64,000 nt of DNA, taken from positions 19,141,700 through 19,205,699 of the forward strand of contig OZ037768.1 of NCBI GenBank assembly GCA_964035545.1, read 5' to 3'. Below the pieces are notes generated by a model. The model made no database searches. It saw only the letters and a program-made list of their open reading frames with translations, and was not told the DNA's origin. Every line of letters begins with the position of its first letter. The stretch's first letter is position 1. This document shows positions 49,101 to 62,523 of this stretch, one piece after another. Source of the stretch: Bugula neritina (taxonomy: Eukaryota > Animalia > Bryozoa). The translations under genes were made by a program, and so were the position numbers.

Positions 49101-52100
49101 AAATATGAGCACAAGACGCATTTTGCTAAAATATAAAAATGAAAAATTGCTAAAGGAGATTCTGAAATTATTTAGCATGAGTATCTGCAGAAACATTTTT
49201 ATGATTCAAAATTTTATCAATTCAAATAGCTAATTAAATGTCAGATTACAAATTTTAGGTCAATGAACAGCCTTAAAAAAATATTGAATGACAATCTCCT
49301 ATCCATCCTGAGACATCTATAGGTGGTTTATAAATACATTCATCACCTACAGCTTTAAACCCACATTTCAGTTTCTGAAAACTGTTTTTAGCAATTTTCA
49401 TCTGTGACACGACAACTCTGAAATCAGACTTACCACACTGATTATGACAAGCCCGATAATGCAGACTAGCATCACAGCAGAAATAGCTCCTATTATTGGA
49501 TTATTCAGCACTTTTCCATCTTCAATGACATTAGGAGCTTGCGTCGCCTGCTCTATATCGGGTCCGTACGAAACATCCTGGATCTACACAACCAGTTACA
49601 CAATTCATGTTTATTTCTATTGAAGTTATCAACTAATGACCAACAGTGAAAACTATTGCATACCATAGCAATATTTTCTGGCAAAGAGCCATTAATAGAT
49701 ATGGGTGATGGCCAAGAGGGCTATCAGGCCAACAGGGATATGGCCCACTAGCCTATCAGGCCATAGGACTAGCAATTCATTCAACTCAAGTGTTTAATGT
49801 CTCTCCTGTTCAATAATGTCTACTTGTTTTAGACAAAATATAACACTCAAGAGATTTATAGTGTTAAAACAAGTTGTAACAGCTCTAACCGGCAACAGTT
49901 TTACAGCAAAACTGCAATTAAGAATAGTAAGCATCATATATCTCAGATTAAAACCAACAAGTTTTCACACCAACATTAAGATAGAATTAGCAATCGAACC
50001 GTCTGTATGAAAACATCCTCAGAAAGATCTTGTCGCTTTTCTTCACTTTCAATAAGCTTGAACACCCTCCTGGTGAGTGCAGGATTCACCCTGCCACTGC
50101 CATCAGCAATAGCTACCTGTAAGAAAACAGAACACCTATTACTAACATAGCATACTCTCCACATTAGCTTTACAAACTCATTTCCAGTAAGTCCTACGCA
50201 AAGAACTACCAGAAACTGGTGTTTATCTTTGTGAAAAATTGTAGCAGTGAAAGCTTACTTTAACATCGATCCTTCCACTTTCCAGAGCCTCCTTTTCATC
50301 TGCCAAGTAAAGATCTGTTTCTGCTTTAATGACGATGCTTCGTTTCCGTCTTTTACCAAGTACAGTGAGACACTCAGTTTCAAAGAGCTGCACTTCAGCT
50401 TCAATGGTCTCGATTATCAAATTTTTCAACATTCGTTTAAATTTGTTGGACATCTCGCAGAAAGTTGACCATTTCATATTTATGGATACAATAAAATATG
50501 CAGGTAGCTTAATTGCAGGTGAAGTACTGTCAGTAGAACGCCCACCTGTTACAGAGGGCTGGGTGAAAGCTGCTTCCGTTGTGGGTGCAGGAGTGGATGT
50601 AGAAGAAACCCTTGAGGGGGAGGTGGATAAATCAAGTTTTGGACCAACGCTGCTAGTGCTGACAGGTGAAGAGGGAGATGGTGTGACAGCAGTTGTACTG
50701 GAGTATGTTGAAGGAGTTGGTGCTGTTGGTGTAGTCAGTTTAGTAGTAGGTTTCTTCAAAGTTGTGGTGGGCATTGTTATGGGTGTAGTTGGCGGGGTAG
50801 AGGGTGTTGTGGTAGAAAATGTACTAGGAGTTGTTGGTGTGGTAGTAGTTGTTGGTGGTGTGGTAGGAGTTGTTGTTGGCTTGTTAGTAGAGGTTGTAGT
50901 AGTTGTTGGTGGTGTGGTAGTAGTAGTTGGTGGTGTGGTAGGAGTTGTTGTTGGCTTGTCAGTAGAGGTTGTAGTAGTTGTTGGTGATGTGGTAGTAGTT
51001 GTTGGTGGTGTGGTAGGAGTTGTTGGTGGTGTGGTAGGAGTTGTTGTTGGCTTGTCAGTAGAGGTTGTAGTAGTTGTTGGTGATGTGGTAGTAGTTGTTG
51101 GTGGTGTGGTAGGAGTTGTTGGTGGTGTGGTAGGAGTTGTTGTTGGTTTGTTAGTAGTAGTTGGTGGTGTGGTAGGAGTTGTTGTTGGTTTGTCAGTAGA
51201 GGTTGTAGTAGTTGTTGGTGGTGTGGTAGTAGTAGTTGGTGGTGTGGTAGGCGTTGTTGTTGGCTTGTTAGTAGAGGTTGTAGTAGTTGTTGGTGGTGTG
51301 GTAGTAGTAGTTGGTGGTGTGGTAGTAGTTGTTGGTGGTGTGGTAGTAGTTGTTGGTGGTGTGGTAGTAGTTGTTGGTGGTGTGGTAGGAGTTGTTGTTG
51401 GCTTGTCAGTAGAGGTTGTAGAAGGGGTTGTGGGAAACTTTTTTGGTGTTGATGTTGGTATTGTGGTTGGTGTAGTAGACACTGTTGTTTGTGTCGTTGT
51501 ATCGAAATCAGGAGGCTCCACTGGAGGTTTAGGAACATCTGAAGTCTTGCTATTAGGAGGTCTTTCTGAAGAGGGAGCTGCGGTGGATGGGGTTGATTGA
51601 GTAGGTGGCTTTTTTTTATTCTCATCATCCTCGATGCTAGGAAAGGATGATGACGTCTCGTCAGTTTCAGCTGAACTCCCAGGCTAAAATATATCATATA
51701 ATCAGGTAAGACTATAAAGAGTTGGTGTAATATTATTTAACTTACAACTCAAAACTAGAACCTTTCTCAGATAAAAAGTAATGAATAAAGTATTACACCA
51801 TAACTGAAACAGAAATAAAGAATGCTGATTTTACCTTCCAGTACACTTATATGGTTTAATAATGTGTTAATAAGGATATAAAGTGCATGTTTTCTTATCA
51901 AAGCTTGCTAACCTCTAGAGTAGATAAACCTGGTTGCTTCTTATCATCTGTTGGTAAGTAAACATCTGCCGGGCGACTACAATGTGACATAACAGACAGA
52001 CATCACCATTTTACTATTCTATACAATTATTACACTAGCTATAAATCCAACACCAAAAACAGAGGCTGCACAGCTGGCAACTAAAAACATTTAGGAGCTG

Positions 52101-55100
52101 TGGTGGAAAAACTAAGATAGCGTAAATTTTTTAAATTTCTTAATAAATTTTGGTTTGGGACGCGGGTTGAAATTCTTTTGAGAACATAACTTCTTTTGCT
52201 ACATTTTTAATCTAGAACACAGGCTTTTCTCAATTTCTCTCTTACAGCACCTACCTCCGTAAACATACACCTTCTGCATAGACAATCTAATTCAGTTTCA
52301 GCATTCAAAAGGGAGAGAGTTATGAGTTATTAACTCAAGCCTCACAACTAATAGTAATTACTGTTGTTCTTTCCTACAACCTTATATTGTAAAATCAAAA
52401 ATCAAATTTTAAGTTTAAAGTATGATTAGAAACTACGAACTAGTTGAGTTATACTCATGTTGACAAAACTGCACATAATTAGTCTCTAATTAAATATTGT
52501 CCCAGCAGTTACTTGGTAAGTCATTCCAGGAAATAGTTTCACTGCTTTCTTTTTAGATAACTGAAAATGTCTTTTTTCGAAAGTCCTTGCTGAGCAGAAA
52601 AGTATACAGAAGAAAAGCTGTTAAAAGAAAACAGTGAAAATAGAGTCTGGCGTAGCCATTCCAGTCTTATAATACCAAACATTTCCTTATAAAAGTGAGA
52701 TTCTAGTACCTGGTAACACCTGGAGTTGTCTCCTCTGTAGACTCCTTTTCATGTGTGTCGCCTATGGGGGCAGTTGTTTCTTCTTCACTGACTACAGAAC
52801 AAGTCTTTAATTACCAACAATGCACAACATTATTTCAAAATCAAAGCTCGAACTCCTTTTTACCATTGAAACACCAAACTAACCAATTCACTTGATGTTT
52901 TTAATTTTATGTGAATTACATTTACAATGGGATAACTCCAATTTTCACAAAACAAATGAAAAATCAAGAATTATATTTAAAACAAAACAAATTATCAGCT
53001 ATATTATTTAAACACATGTTATTATAAGAGGAACAAAATCATGATGAAAGAGGGGTTTGAATAGTTTAGCAGTGTGGAGTGAGCACTACAGGAAAGGAAA
53101 GTTGATCTCATTGCTCAGTCTATAGGCTGTTCAGCCTTCTATTCCATTAGATGCAATAAAGGAGAAATCTCAGCCTTAGTTTTTCAACTTTTGGTTTGAA
53201 GCATGTGTTGAAATTCTAGAGAACAAAACTTCTTTTGTTATATCGTTTATCTAGAACCCAGAGTTTTTCCAATTTCTCTGTTAGCACACCTACCAACTCC
53301 TGATCTGGAAAAGTAGTGAAACAGACCTCACACCACACTGCTAAGCTGTTTAGTGCTACAAGATGGTATGTCATTCTCTTCTCATTCTAAATTCATCACT
53401 AGAGATACCAGATGCTTTGTATAGAGAATTAAAATTTTTACCAAAGGAGGTAGGTACAGTAATGGAGAAAGGGAGAAAAGCCTGTGTTCTAGATTAGAAA
53501 TGTAGCAAAAGAAGTTAGGTTCTCACAAGAATTTCAACCCGCGCCCCAAACAAAAATTTATGAAGAAATTTAAAGAACTTGAGCTATCTCAGTTTCTCCA
53601 CTACTGCTTCTGGATGCAACATTCAGTTGACTACCAACACTTACTATGTGCAGGCTTCAGTGTAGGGATGGGCTCTAGCAAATCCTCTGACTCTACAATG
53701 TAACACAACAGCAGATAATGTGAGGCTGAATGTAAACATTACTGGAAAAATACGTTTTATAGCAATGCCCAAGTTTCTAACTATATTCTACAGCTCAAAA
53801 CAGTTGTGGCCATGACAGAGCAGCATGAAAGAAAAAGATATTTCATCAGCTAATCGCAAGATAGTGACACATACAGTTATATTACGCAACTTTTTAAACC
53901 TAAATTTTAATCTCATAAAAACAGAGCATTGGCTACAAGTTTTCAAGTCACATAACTGTAAAGTTCTATTATAGCACATTTATTATGCATAAACCTTCCT
54001 TACATAAAAACAAACAGGAGCTTGATAGCATAAATAGGCCATCAGTGATAATATAAATAGGGCAAGAGTGATAACACAACCTGCAGATACGATATCCTTA
54101 TCAGAAACAAGCATATTCATAAAATACACATGCCATCAGTTGTCACATTCAGTGAATGATGGTTACTCAACCCATAAATATGATAACTTCATTTTATTTA
54201 TTAATTTTCCATTTAACTTCCTGCAAAATTCTGACCAAAACTATTTCTGTTTGTAACAAGCCTGTAGCCATATTGATAGTAGCTAGTAATTCCACTGCTG
54301 AAGCAGCACTTTACTAGCTAAGGCAAAGCAAAGGGCAGCTTCAATATAAGTTAAAATATATACATTCTTGTAGTGGGGAATGCTGGCTGAGTTTCTAATT
54401 TAGGAGCAGTAGTGAAGAAATTGAGATAGCCTAAGTTCTTTATCTTTTTAGTAAATTTTGCTTTGGGCCACAAGAACATAACTTTTTTATGCGAGTTTCT
54501 AATCTAGAACATAGGCTTTTCTCAATTGCTCCATTACTGCACCTACCTTAAGTTTATTCATTAAGGAACTAAACACCATGCAGTGATAGAGGTGTAAGGT
54601 GCAGTGGTAAAGAAAAGCCCGTGTTCTGAATTAGAAATGTAGCATGAAAAGCCGAAGAAATTCCAACCTGCATTTCAAATTAAAATTTATTAAAAGGTTA
54701 AAGAACTTATGTTATTAAAATTTCTCCACCATAGTACCTAAATTATTTATATATTCATTTTGTTATTAAAAACTGATCAATGGAACTTGAAATGCCAAAC
54801 ATGTAAACATGTTTTCTGAAAAAAGGACCCTAAATTACTGCCTATGTTTTAAATGAGTTTTGATAAACAGTGCTAAAAATTGACAAATTGTTATAAAGCT
54901 AATTTTTAAAACCTGCTCCAAACTGATAAGAAAATATTGTGAAAAACATCTTTGGAACTGGTTAGAAACGACCACACAATTTTGTTGCCAGAATCTATTT
55001 TGTTATTTTGAGACCTGCCTTAAAAAACTTGGCAGCCCTGTGACAATTTTGCTTAAAGCAGCGAAGGACTTGTTTTCTATTGTGGCAAAGGAGCAATTAT

Positions 55101-57628
55101 GACTGAATGCCTTTTCTAACATTACCATTGGTCTTTACTGGGATTCGAACTACTGACCTCGTGTTTACTAGGCCAGGACTTTAACCACTTGACCAATTAA
55201 AGATGTCAAATTAAATCTCTCTAACTGCTAGCACAACCCCTAATATACAAGCATATAATTGATATCGTAGGTTGAAAGTTTGTTTACATGTTCAAAATGA
55301 TCATCAAAATAATATGAGCCATGCAACTAGAATCCCCTATTTTAAAACAACTAACCACATGAGTTGTTTAGCAACAGCAACAGTAACTGGTGATGCAACA
55401 ATTGAGTAATAGAATGAAACTATTTTGGGCCTACATGATGACATGCTGCTTCCTTAGCCAACTCTATAGACTTAGATAATGGAATATGTATTAGCAAACT
55501 CTATAGACTTAGATAATGGAATATGTATTAGCAAATCCTATAAACTTAGATAATACACAAGTCACCATACCCGAGCCTGGTCCTTGCACATGAATACTAC
55601 GATGGGGTACTTCGGGTCCATCAGTATAAATGAGATTTCTAAAAATAGAAAACTAATACATTAATAGTGTAGGTATTTGAAGCATACAATTCATAAAAAC
55701 CCACCTAGTTTTTACTCTTGTTTTATTTTTTGAGTTGATAACAGCTTTTTTAGTTATTTGTAAAAAGATTTCTTGCAAGATACCACTATTAAACATCCTA
55801 GATACATTCCATAAGTAATAATATATGTTAACATTTTTGGTTATTTACTGAAAGTATGGCAATAAATGTAATATACAGTCTGTAGAACCTTCATCCCACC
55901 AGCATCTTGAGAGATGGTAGGATGAGAATGTGTAGCTTTTTTATCTTTTATATAGAAACTATAGACAAACATGAGTTCACATAATAGTCTGACTTTAGGT
56001 TGGATCCAAAATGCTGCCTGAGCAGGCATGTAAGAGACTAGTTTCAGAGTCATAACGTTTATGAAACAAATCCAACAGGTGCCTTAATTCTACATTCATT
56101 TTAAAAACATCAGAATCTTAGATTTGATTACGTTGAATAACTGGTGCTCAGTTCACATATTCACAGAGGAATCTAAACTGTAAGATGCAGAACCTGTTTT
56201 CATGTGTTACCACTTCTAATATATGTATATATGTATATATATATATATGTGTAGATATTCGTAGATATGCTTATATATGTATATTGGACACGGTAGGCTA
56301 CTTGATATGTTGATGAGGCTGACATATACCTAGCAAAAAAATACCAGACTCATTGGGTGCATTTTATGAATGGGGTTTACTTTGGGAAGTTTGTAAATTT
56401 TTTTCAAGTCTGCTATGCAATAACTTTAATCCCAATTTGATTGAATTCGGTCAGTAGTTGGTGTTAAGCTGTTTCACAGTGACAACCATCAATGTGCAGA
56501 TGCAGAACAATCACTCTAATACTGAATGTTTTACACCAACACACAGTGATACAGATGTTCAAATATAAGGCTCTAGAGTCTAGCCAAATATAATCTAGTA
56601 AAACTGTACAGTAAGTATTAGCATTAGTTGATATATTTTAGTTATATAGAGGTTAAATAGCAAGTTTGTACAATAATGTATATAATTTTATAGTGTGATG
56701 ACATTACAACATATAACTGTAATAATATAACTTTTTCAACCGTGTAGCATATTATTTCCCTTGTTGAATAGACGAATTCCTAATAAACAGTTCAAGGGGT
56801 TGCTACCAAAATAATTAAGTCTAAGAATTTGTTCAAGTGTGAGTTTTAAATCAGCATAACATGCACCTTGAAACACTTTCCTGTACACCAAAAGCAAATG
56901 GAGAGAAATAAACATGGAAAGAGGTGAGAGAAATAAACATGGAAAGGGAAAAAGTAAACATGTAAAAGGGGGAGGAGTAAACATGAAAAGGGGAGGAGTA
57001 AACATGGAAAGAGGGAGGAGTAAGCATGGAAAGAAGGAGGAGTAAACATGGAAGAGGGAGGAGTAAACATGGAAGAGGGAGGAGAAAACATGTAAAGGGG
57101 AGGAGTAAACATGGAAAGAGGGAGGAGTAAACATGAAAAGGGGAGGAGTAAACATGGAAAGAGGGAGGAGTAAACATGGAAAGAGGGAGGAGTAAACATG
57201 GAAAGAGGGAGGAGTAAACATGGAAAGAGGGAGGAGTAAACATGGAAAGAGGGAGGAGTAAACACGTAAAGAGGGAGGAGAAAACATGTAAAGGGGAGGA
57301 ATAAATATGGAAAGAAGGAGGAGTAAACATGGGAAGAAGGAGGAGTAAACATGAAAAGGGGGGGAGTAAACATGTAAAGGGGGAGGAGTAAACATGAAAA
57401 GGGAGGAGTAAACATGGGAAGGAGGAGGAGTAAACATGAAAAGGGGAGATAAGTAAATAGTCAACAAACAGACCCGTTGAAAGGATTCAGCCCTTCTTCT
57501 TCATCAGTTGGAGAATTAATAGAGGAGAGCGAGGCTTCATTGATAGGGTTGAACTGCAGCAGAGGTGAGGCTGAGACACACACCAATGCTAAAGTCACTG
57601 GGTATATAATCCTACAGACCAGCATCAT
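43174..57628 (-). CDS. Receptor-type protein tyrosine phosphatase-like protein with mucin ectodomain and one degenerate PTPRR/STEP-like domain, about 1066 aa, 16 coding exons
   Basis: Phase-consistent exons 57628-57474, 55638-55571, 53692-53645, 52791-52710, 51976-51913, 51683-50259, 50116-50000, 49583-49434, 48161-47976, 47267-47105, 46736-46660, 46525-46388, 45627-45490, 44762-44614, 44360-44201, 43254-43174. Signal peptide [20 protein letters not shown]; T/P repeats; KRRKR; [26 protein letters not shown] followed by KRHK. PTP motifs [61 protein letters not shown]. The small 5' exons are less certain than the PTP exons. Confidence 0.88.
45644..46006. repeat. 19-bp minisatellite (cactcagtagtgtgactaa), about 18 copies
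   Basis: Tandem array starting about 16 nt from the acceptor at 45628. Confidence 0.95.
48766..48921. mobile_element. MITE of about 155 bp with TA-bounded TIRs (Tc1/mariner-type by inference)
   Basis: taggtgcagtaaaag (48766-48780) and cttttactgcaccta (48907-48921) form a perfect 15-bp inverted repeat. The interior is shared with five or more nearby copies. Confidence 0.85.
50790..51480 (-). repeat. Coding mucin-type tandem repeat (TTPPTTT / ST[DN][10 protein letters not shown])
   Basis: Internal to exon 51683-50259 of the receptor gene. Confidence 0.95.
52092..52253 (+). mobile_element. MITE copy (family of 48766)
   Basis: taggagctgtggtggaaaa...cgggttgaaatt...tctagaacacaggcttttctcaatttctctcttacagcaccta. 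Confidence 0.8.
53148..53292 (+). mobile_element. MITE copy (family of 48766)
   Basis: tagatgcaataaaggagaaa...gttgaaatt...ctagaaccc...aatttctctgttagcacaccta. Confidence 0.7.
53451..53611 (-). mobile_element. MITE copy, opposite orientation
   Basis: taggtacagtaatggagaaa...gcctgtgttctaga...aatttcaacccgcg...tttctccactactgcttct. Confidence 0.8.
54401..54545 (+). mobile_element. MITE copy (family of 48766)
   Basis: taggagcagtagtgaagaaa...tctagaacataggcttttctcaattgctccattactgcaccta. Confidence 0.8.
54595..54740 (-). mobile_element. MITE copy, opposite orientation
   Basis: ggtgcagtggtaaagaaaagcccgtgttct...aagaactt...tttctccaccatagtaccta. Confidence 0.7.
55085..55195 (-). mobile_element. tRNA-derived SINE, truncated copy
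   Basis: ggagcaattatgac...accattggtctttactgggattcgaac...tttactaggcc...taaccac..gacca. Confidence 0.75.
55454..55554. repeat. 37-bp tandem repeat, about 2.7 copies
   Basis: Unit aactctatagacttagataatggaatatgtattagca, ending about 16 nt from the donor at 55570. Confidence 0.9.
56905..57447. repeat. Purine-rich minisatellite of about 21-22 bp (gtaaacatggaaagagggagga), about 25 copies
   Basis: Tandem array ending about 25 nt from the donor at 57473. Confidence 0.95.
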
Positions 57629-60600
57629 AGTAACTAAAATAAAGGCATGATTATAAAGTATACATTCTACAACAATTAAAAGTAGCAAATTGCATAAACA
57701 ACACAGCACAAACAAAACAACACACCAGAGTATTAACCTACCAAAATATTTATGGTAGGTCTACATTCTACAATTTTACTTACAGTGGTTATATTCCATC
57801 AACAAATGAAATTGAATTAAGGTAGCAGTTAACAGAGTAGCTGTTACAGCTATAATATTGAAAATGACAGACCAAAGCTTGCAATGGTCATTACAGCACA
57901 AGATAACCACAGAATCAGTAGCGATGGAGTAGAAAGCTGACTGATATCAGCTAAAGCAATATTCAGCAGCATTTATATGATACAATATTAAAATATTAAT
58001 GGTATGTTTTGCGAAAAGTTAAACCCTTAATGACATTAAAGAGCTTAGGCTATCTCAATTTTTCTGCTACTGTTCCTAAACGCTCAAGAAATGCTAGCGT
58101 ATACAAAGATGGTAGAATATATTAAATAAATGCTAAGGTACACTAAAACGCAGAGCAGATCAGCATATCTGGGCTATATTATGTGGGCAGAAGAAATTAG
58201 GCTATGACTATAATATTTATCAAATGACAAAATTTAAATAATTCAAACAGTTGGACGTGTTGAGTTGCCAAGTATTCACACCCAAAACCAACTACATGTA
58301 GAAAACTAACAACAAGTTTAATAAGCAGAAGCAAAACCAAACTTTTAGTAGTATACAACAATAAGCAACTGTAACATGTTGATGTTTGACAAGTGGTGAA
58401 ACCAGCTAATATTTATAGTAAGATGGTAATATTGCAGACTAAAAGTATTATTAAGTGTATTGCTTGTCTTTAAACTTAACTTGATGATTTGAACATGGAC
58501 CCATTGAAATACTACTTTAATTCAGTGCTTGGACCAGAGTGATTAGTAGGGTCAACAGATATTTCTTAGCACTCGCTCCAAAACCACCTTCGAAATGTTC
58601 TAGTCTTTATAAACGGATTGTTAGCAGTGAAACTGTCAGCTATAGGAGCTTTAATATACAGTCCAATTTGACAAGAGAGAACAGATACAATACAACATAC
58701 ACTTACAATATAAACCTAAATGTAGAAAACATACCTGCTGGTGAATTCTCAGTCTAAACAGTGGTAATGAGATAGTTTCAAGTTGGTAAAACTTGTACTG
58801 TCACATAGTATAGTTCCTAAGTAGATATGCAGAGTGTCTTTTCAAAGATTTCTTGAAGGCAGCCTTGTAAAGTTGAATAAACAGTCGGCAGCGTGTTTCT
58901 CTAATTAATGTAAAGACACAGGCACTGTGGTTGAAATATCAATTCACCACTAGTAGTGGTTAGTCTAATCTCTGCTAGTCAATCACTGCAGTAATAGTAT
59001 CAACTGTAAAGTGTTGTATCAGCAAGACTTCTGCTCAACTTGTATCACAAACTTGTGATAGGCTATCTATTTTAGCACATAATCACTGTGCTCCTCTGAT
59101 ATCTATTATCTTAGCTTGAGACAACAAATAACATGGGAAGGGGGGTACCACAGGGCCCCTATACATATGTCCAACAGAAAGCCAGGCTAGCATTGTATGT
59201 TCCATTGAAAAATTGAGGTTTGCATCTGTAATTAATATTACAGTAGATTTTATCAAAACATTCATAACATAGTGTCTTTGCATGTTGCTAATAATCACCG
59301 AGAGGTTAGCTGTAACCTAGCAATTTTTAGATCATCAAAAAGCTCAAGACTTATGGACTCCATTCAATAATATATTAGGTAGCTTGTAGGTAAACAAAAC
59401 CATTGCCTAGAAATGTTTTAACCTTACACAATGCATTTGGGTTAAATTTTTCTCTCTTCTATATTACAAAATAATTTTTCCTAACATACACATTTATGCT
59501 AGGTAATAATAATTTAGTATTTTCCAACTTCTACAGATTTGTGAAAGTGCCAGTTATCAGAAGACTTTACAGCAATACTGAAGATACTAAGTTGCGAATT
59601 TGAATGTTATAAAGAAATGTACACTAATATTAATTACATATGCAACCTATTACTTTAAATTGAACGCACTATGCTAGCCTGGAGACTTCCAACAGAGGCA
59701 GGTTTGGGGGTTCTATGATATCCCCCTTTGAAATTGGAATTGTGTGCAAGAGAATGCATTTATAGAAAGCTGATTGTCACTGCCCACTCACTGTGAACAG
59801 TTACATGTACTTACACTGTAAGTAGGTACTTATACTTACTTACAGTATGAATAAATCATCAGACACGTTGGCAGAAATCCAAACAGATTGCCAATCAGAG
59901 AGATAAACTATTACTCTTTAATTCGAAAATAGCATAAAATCTGTGAAATACATAAATATACAAAATACAACAATTAGATACTTATGGCATTGCCAGGGGT
60001 GGAAATCATACCAGACAAAGTTATGTCTAACGATGTGATGCAAACGAGGTACATGGGGCGAGGGCCATGAAACATTCTAAGATTTATCTTCTTGTTACAT
60101 GTGAGAATTCTAAGGAATAGAAAAAGCAAAAAAGTAATAAAAACAACATTTTAAAAGGCAACACAACATTTTAAGTTAAAATTCCAACACAGGCAATATG
60201 TAGACGTACTATCAGCAATCACCTGATCAAATGCTCAATTTCATAGTGTTATATAGGATATGAAGACAATACATACTTAACGAGTTACAGATTAAAGTTG
60301 ACATATCGAGTATATAACTATACTTGAAAAGCCTTTAACCTATTAAGATCAAGAAAAATGAATACCAACCTGCATGCAATAAACAACCAAATGCTAATAA
60401 AATATAACAGTCTGTAAAGGGATAGGGTACTTTTAATTCAAAGTGACTTACTTAACACAGGCTTAGCAGATTGGTCACATGACACTGTCAGCATCAACTA
60501 AACATGCCCATCACACTACTACCAAGTGACAGCTTCTGAAAAGTGAGCATATTTAAATTTTAAAATTAATTGGAATTTGCGGAAGTGTGATGAATAACAT

Positions 60601-62353
60601 TAAAATAACAATCAGATAAAACGTTTAATCAAAACATTTCAAATTACTGCCCGTTTTGAAGTCAAACAGCTTACCATATCTCTTGTTTGACTGGACTAGA
60701 AAGATTGTATAAGGCAGAGGCACCTCAGGTGTAGCTCTACAGCCCTGACAGCTGACGCCATTGAAATATAAGGACAGGCAAAAGAATATGCTTGTCATAA
60801 AAACATTTATAAAAAACAACAGCTAAATTAATTTTATTCCTATACCAAGAACAATACAATGTACAATTTCAATACAAGTATAAAGTTATTTATTAATTCC
60901 AACACTTTTTTTGAAATTTGAAAGCAGTAAAAAAATAAAATTCTTAAAAAACTGCACTTTAAAGAAAAACAACAAAAACTAAATAGAAATACGAGACCCA
61001 CTCTCAAATTGAGTCAGCTCCCCCTATGGATTTCACCGACTCCAATGTGCCCCAAGCTAACTGTACTAACCCAACAGTTAAAGTGAAACAAACAAAACTG
61101 TCATGCAGATTCTGCTAATGACAGAATAAAATAAAATATTCCAAAATAAATAAACTTTCTTGTTAAGAAATAAACAATTCACAATAGAAACCTGACAAAA
61201 TGAACAACTAGTAACGGATAAGCATGTAGGAAGGAAACACAACTATAAATGAGTGTGTTACACCAAAATTACTTGCGGTAGTGCAACTAAACAAAAAGCA
61301 TAGAGTGACATATGAGAACAAGAGAAACAGGTATTTTCATGGTCCTGGCTTTAGTCTTGTTTACTGGTCCAGTCTCAGTTTGAACAGATACTTGAAATAG
61401 CTGGGTGATACCGCAGTGGCTGATACAAGTGCACACTGGGCCTTATCACAAGTACTCGAAGCTTAAGTGTGGTGGTAGCCAACATCCATATCACACAGTT
61501 ACATGTTTACTGTGTAATAAGATATCATGTGCAGCTTCATTATCTCAAGTCTCCCCTCCCAGCCGGCCAGGGTAATGTTACTTGTTTCTCTTTAAAATAG
61601 TGACGTGAGAGTTATCCCCCCTAGAAGACACGGCCACTGCGTTCCAGAGTTTCACAAGTTCCTCACCGACTGATACCTCCAACTCCTGCAAACATTTACC
61701 AGCTCAGGCATTTCAAAGTCTCAAAAACTTAAATATTTCCATGCAAATATTATGCTGACGAAATAAAACAAGCGACCAATAAACAAGCTTACTTCAAGAA
61801 ACTGTCTAAATTAAAAATCCCAATAAAACATTATTAAAATATCTATTCAACAGTGATACTATATACACAAACTTCAAGTGTACTAAATTCACTCTTTCTG
61901 TAACACTAACAGAGGTTTTGGAGTTTTATGCATACAAGAATAACAATGACAATTAGCTTATAGTTACAAATAAGACCAATATTCACACTCATGATTTAAG
62001 ATGCAAGGACCTAAAGTCATCAAACACAGACAAATCAAACAATTCCAACCTTTTTAGGCTAACTGAAAGTGGACTGCTCAAATTTGCGCATCAAACTATA
62101 ATTTGTATGAATGCACCTTTTGGAGAAACTAATCCAGGTAAATCGTTTTCCAACCTACAAACATTCTCCAACGAAACAAGTAGTGGCTGCATATTTACAA
62201 AAGATGCCCAACTGAACCATTCTTATACAAAGTTCAAAAACGAAATGAGCCAAACACAGTTTCTAACACATCGGCTAGATCATATTAATCTAATGTGATA
62301 TTCCTATATTATTTTAGTATATTGTTTTATTTACAACACAATGAATTACTCAC

Positions 62354-62523
62354 CTGTCCATCGCAGCTCATGCTAATTGGCTGGTTATCACACAGCATGT
62401 TGTACAGTGACTGGGTGTGAGCGAATGGTATGCTCGTACTACAACACCAGGAGTAGACTGAATAGGAAGGAAGTACGACGTTACATTATTAGAAACAGAT
62501 CAGAGTGCCAGCTGGTATTTATA
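62354..62523 (-). promoter_or_regulatory. Candidate TATA box and non-coding first exon of the receptor PTP-like gene
   Basis: Minus-strand TATAAAT at 62523-62517, a GC-richer stretch, then a consensus donor CAG|GTGAGT at 62354/62353. The first coding exon has an acceptor at 57634, so an upstream exon is expected. Confidence 0.4.

Noticed and set aside
50329-51600. 423-aa Val/Gly-rich ORF on + and 306-aa Gln/His/Leu ORF on - (50777-51697)
   Set aside because: Antisense and shifted-frame shadows of the Thr/Pro mucin repeat exon.
56736-57467. Three MFTPP/CLLLP repeat ORFs
   Set aside because: Minisatellite translations in all three frames. The preceding exon's frame stops at 57461.
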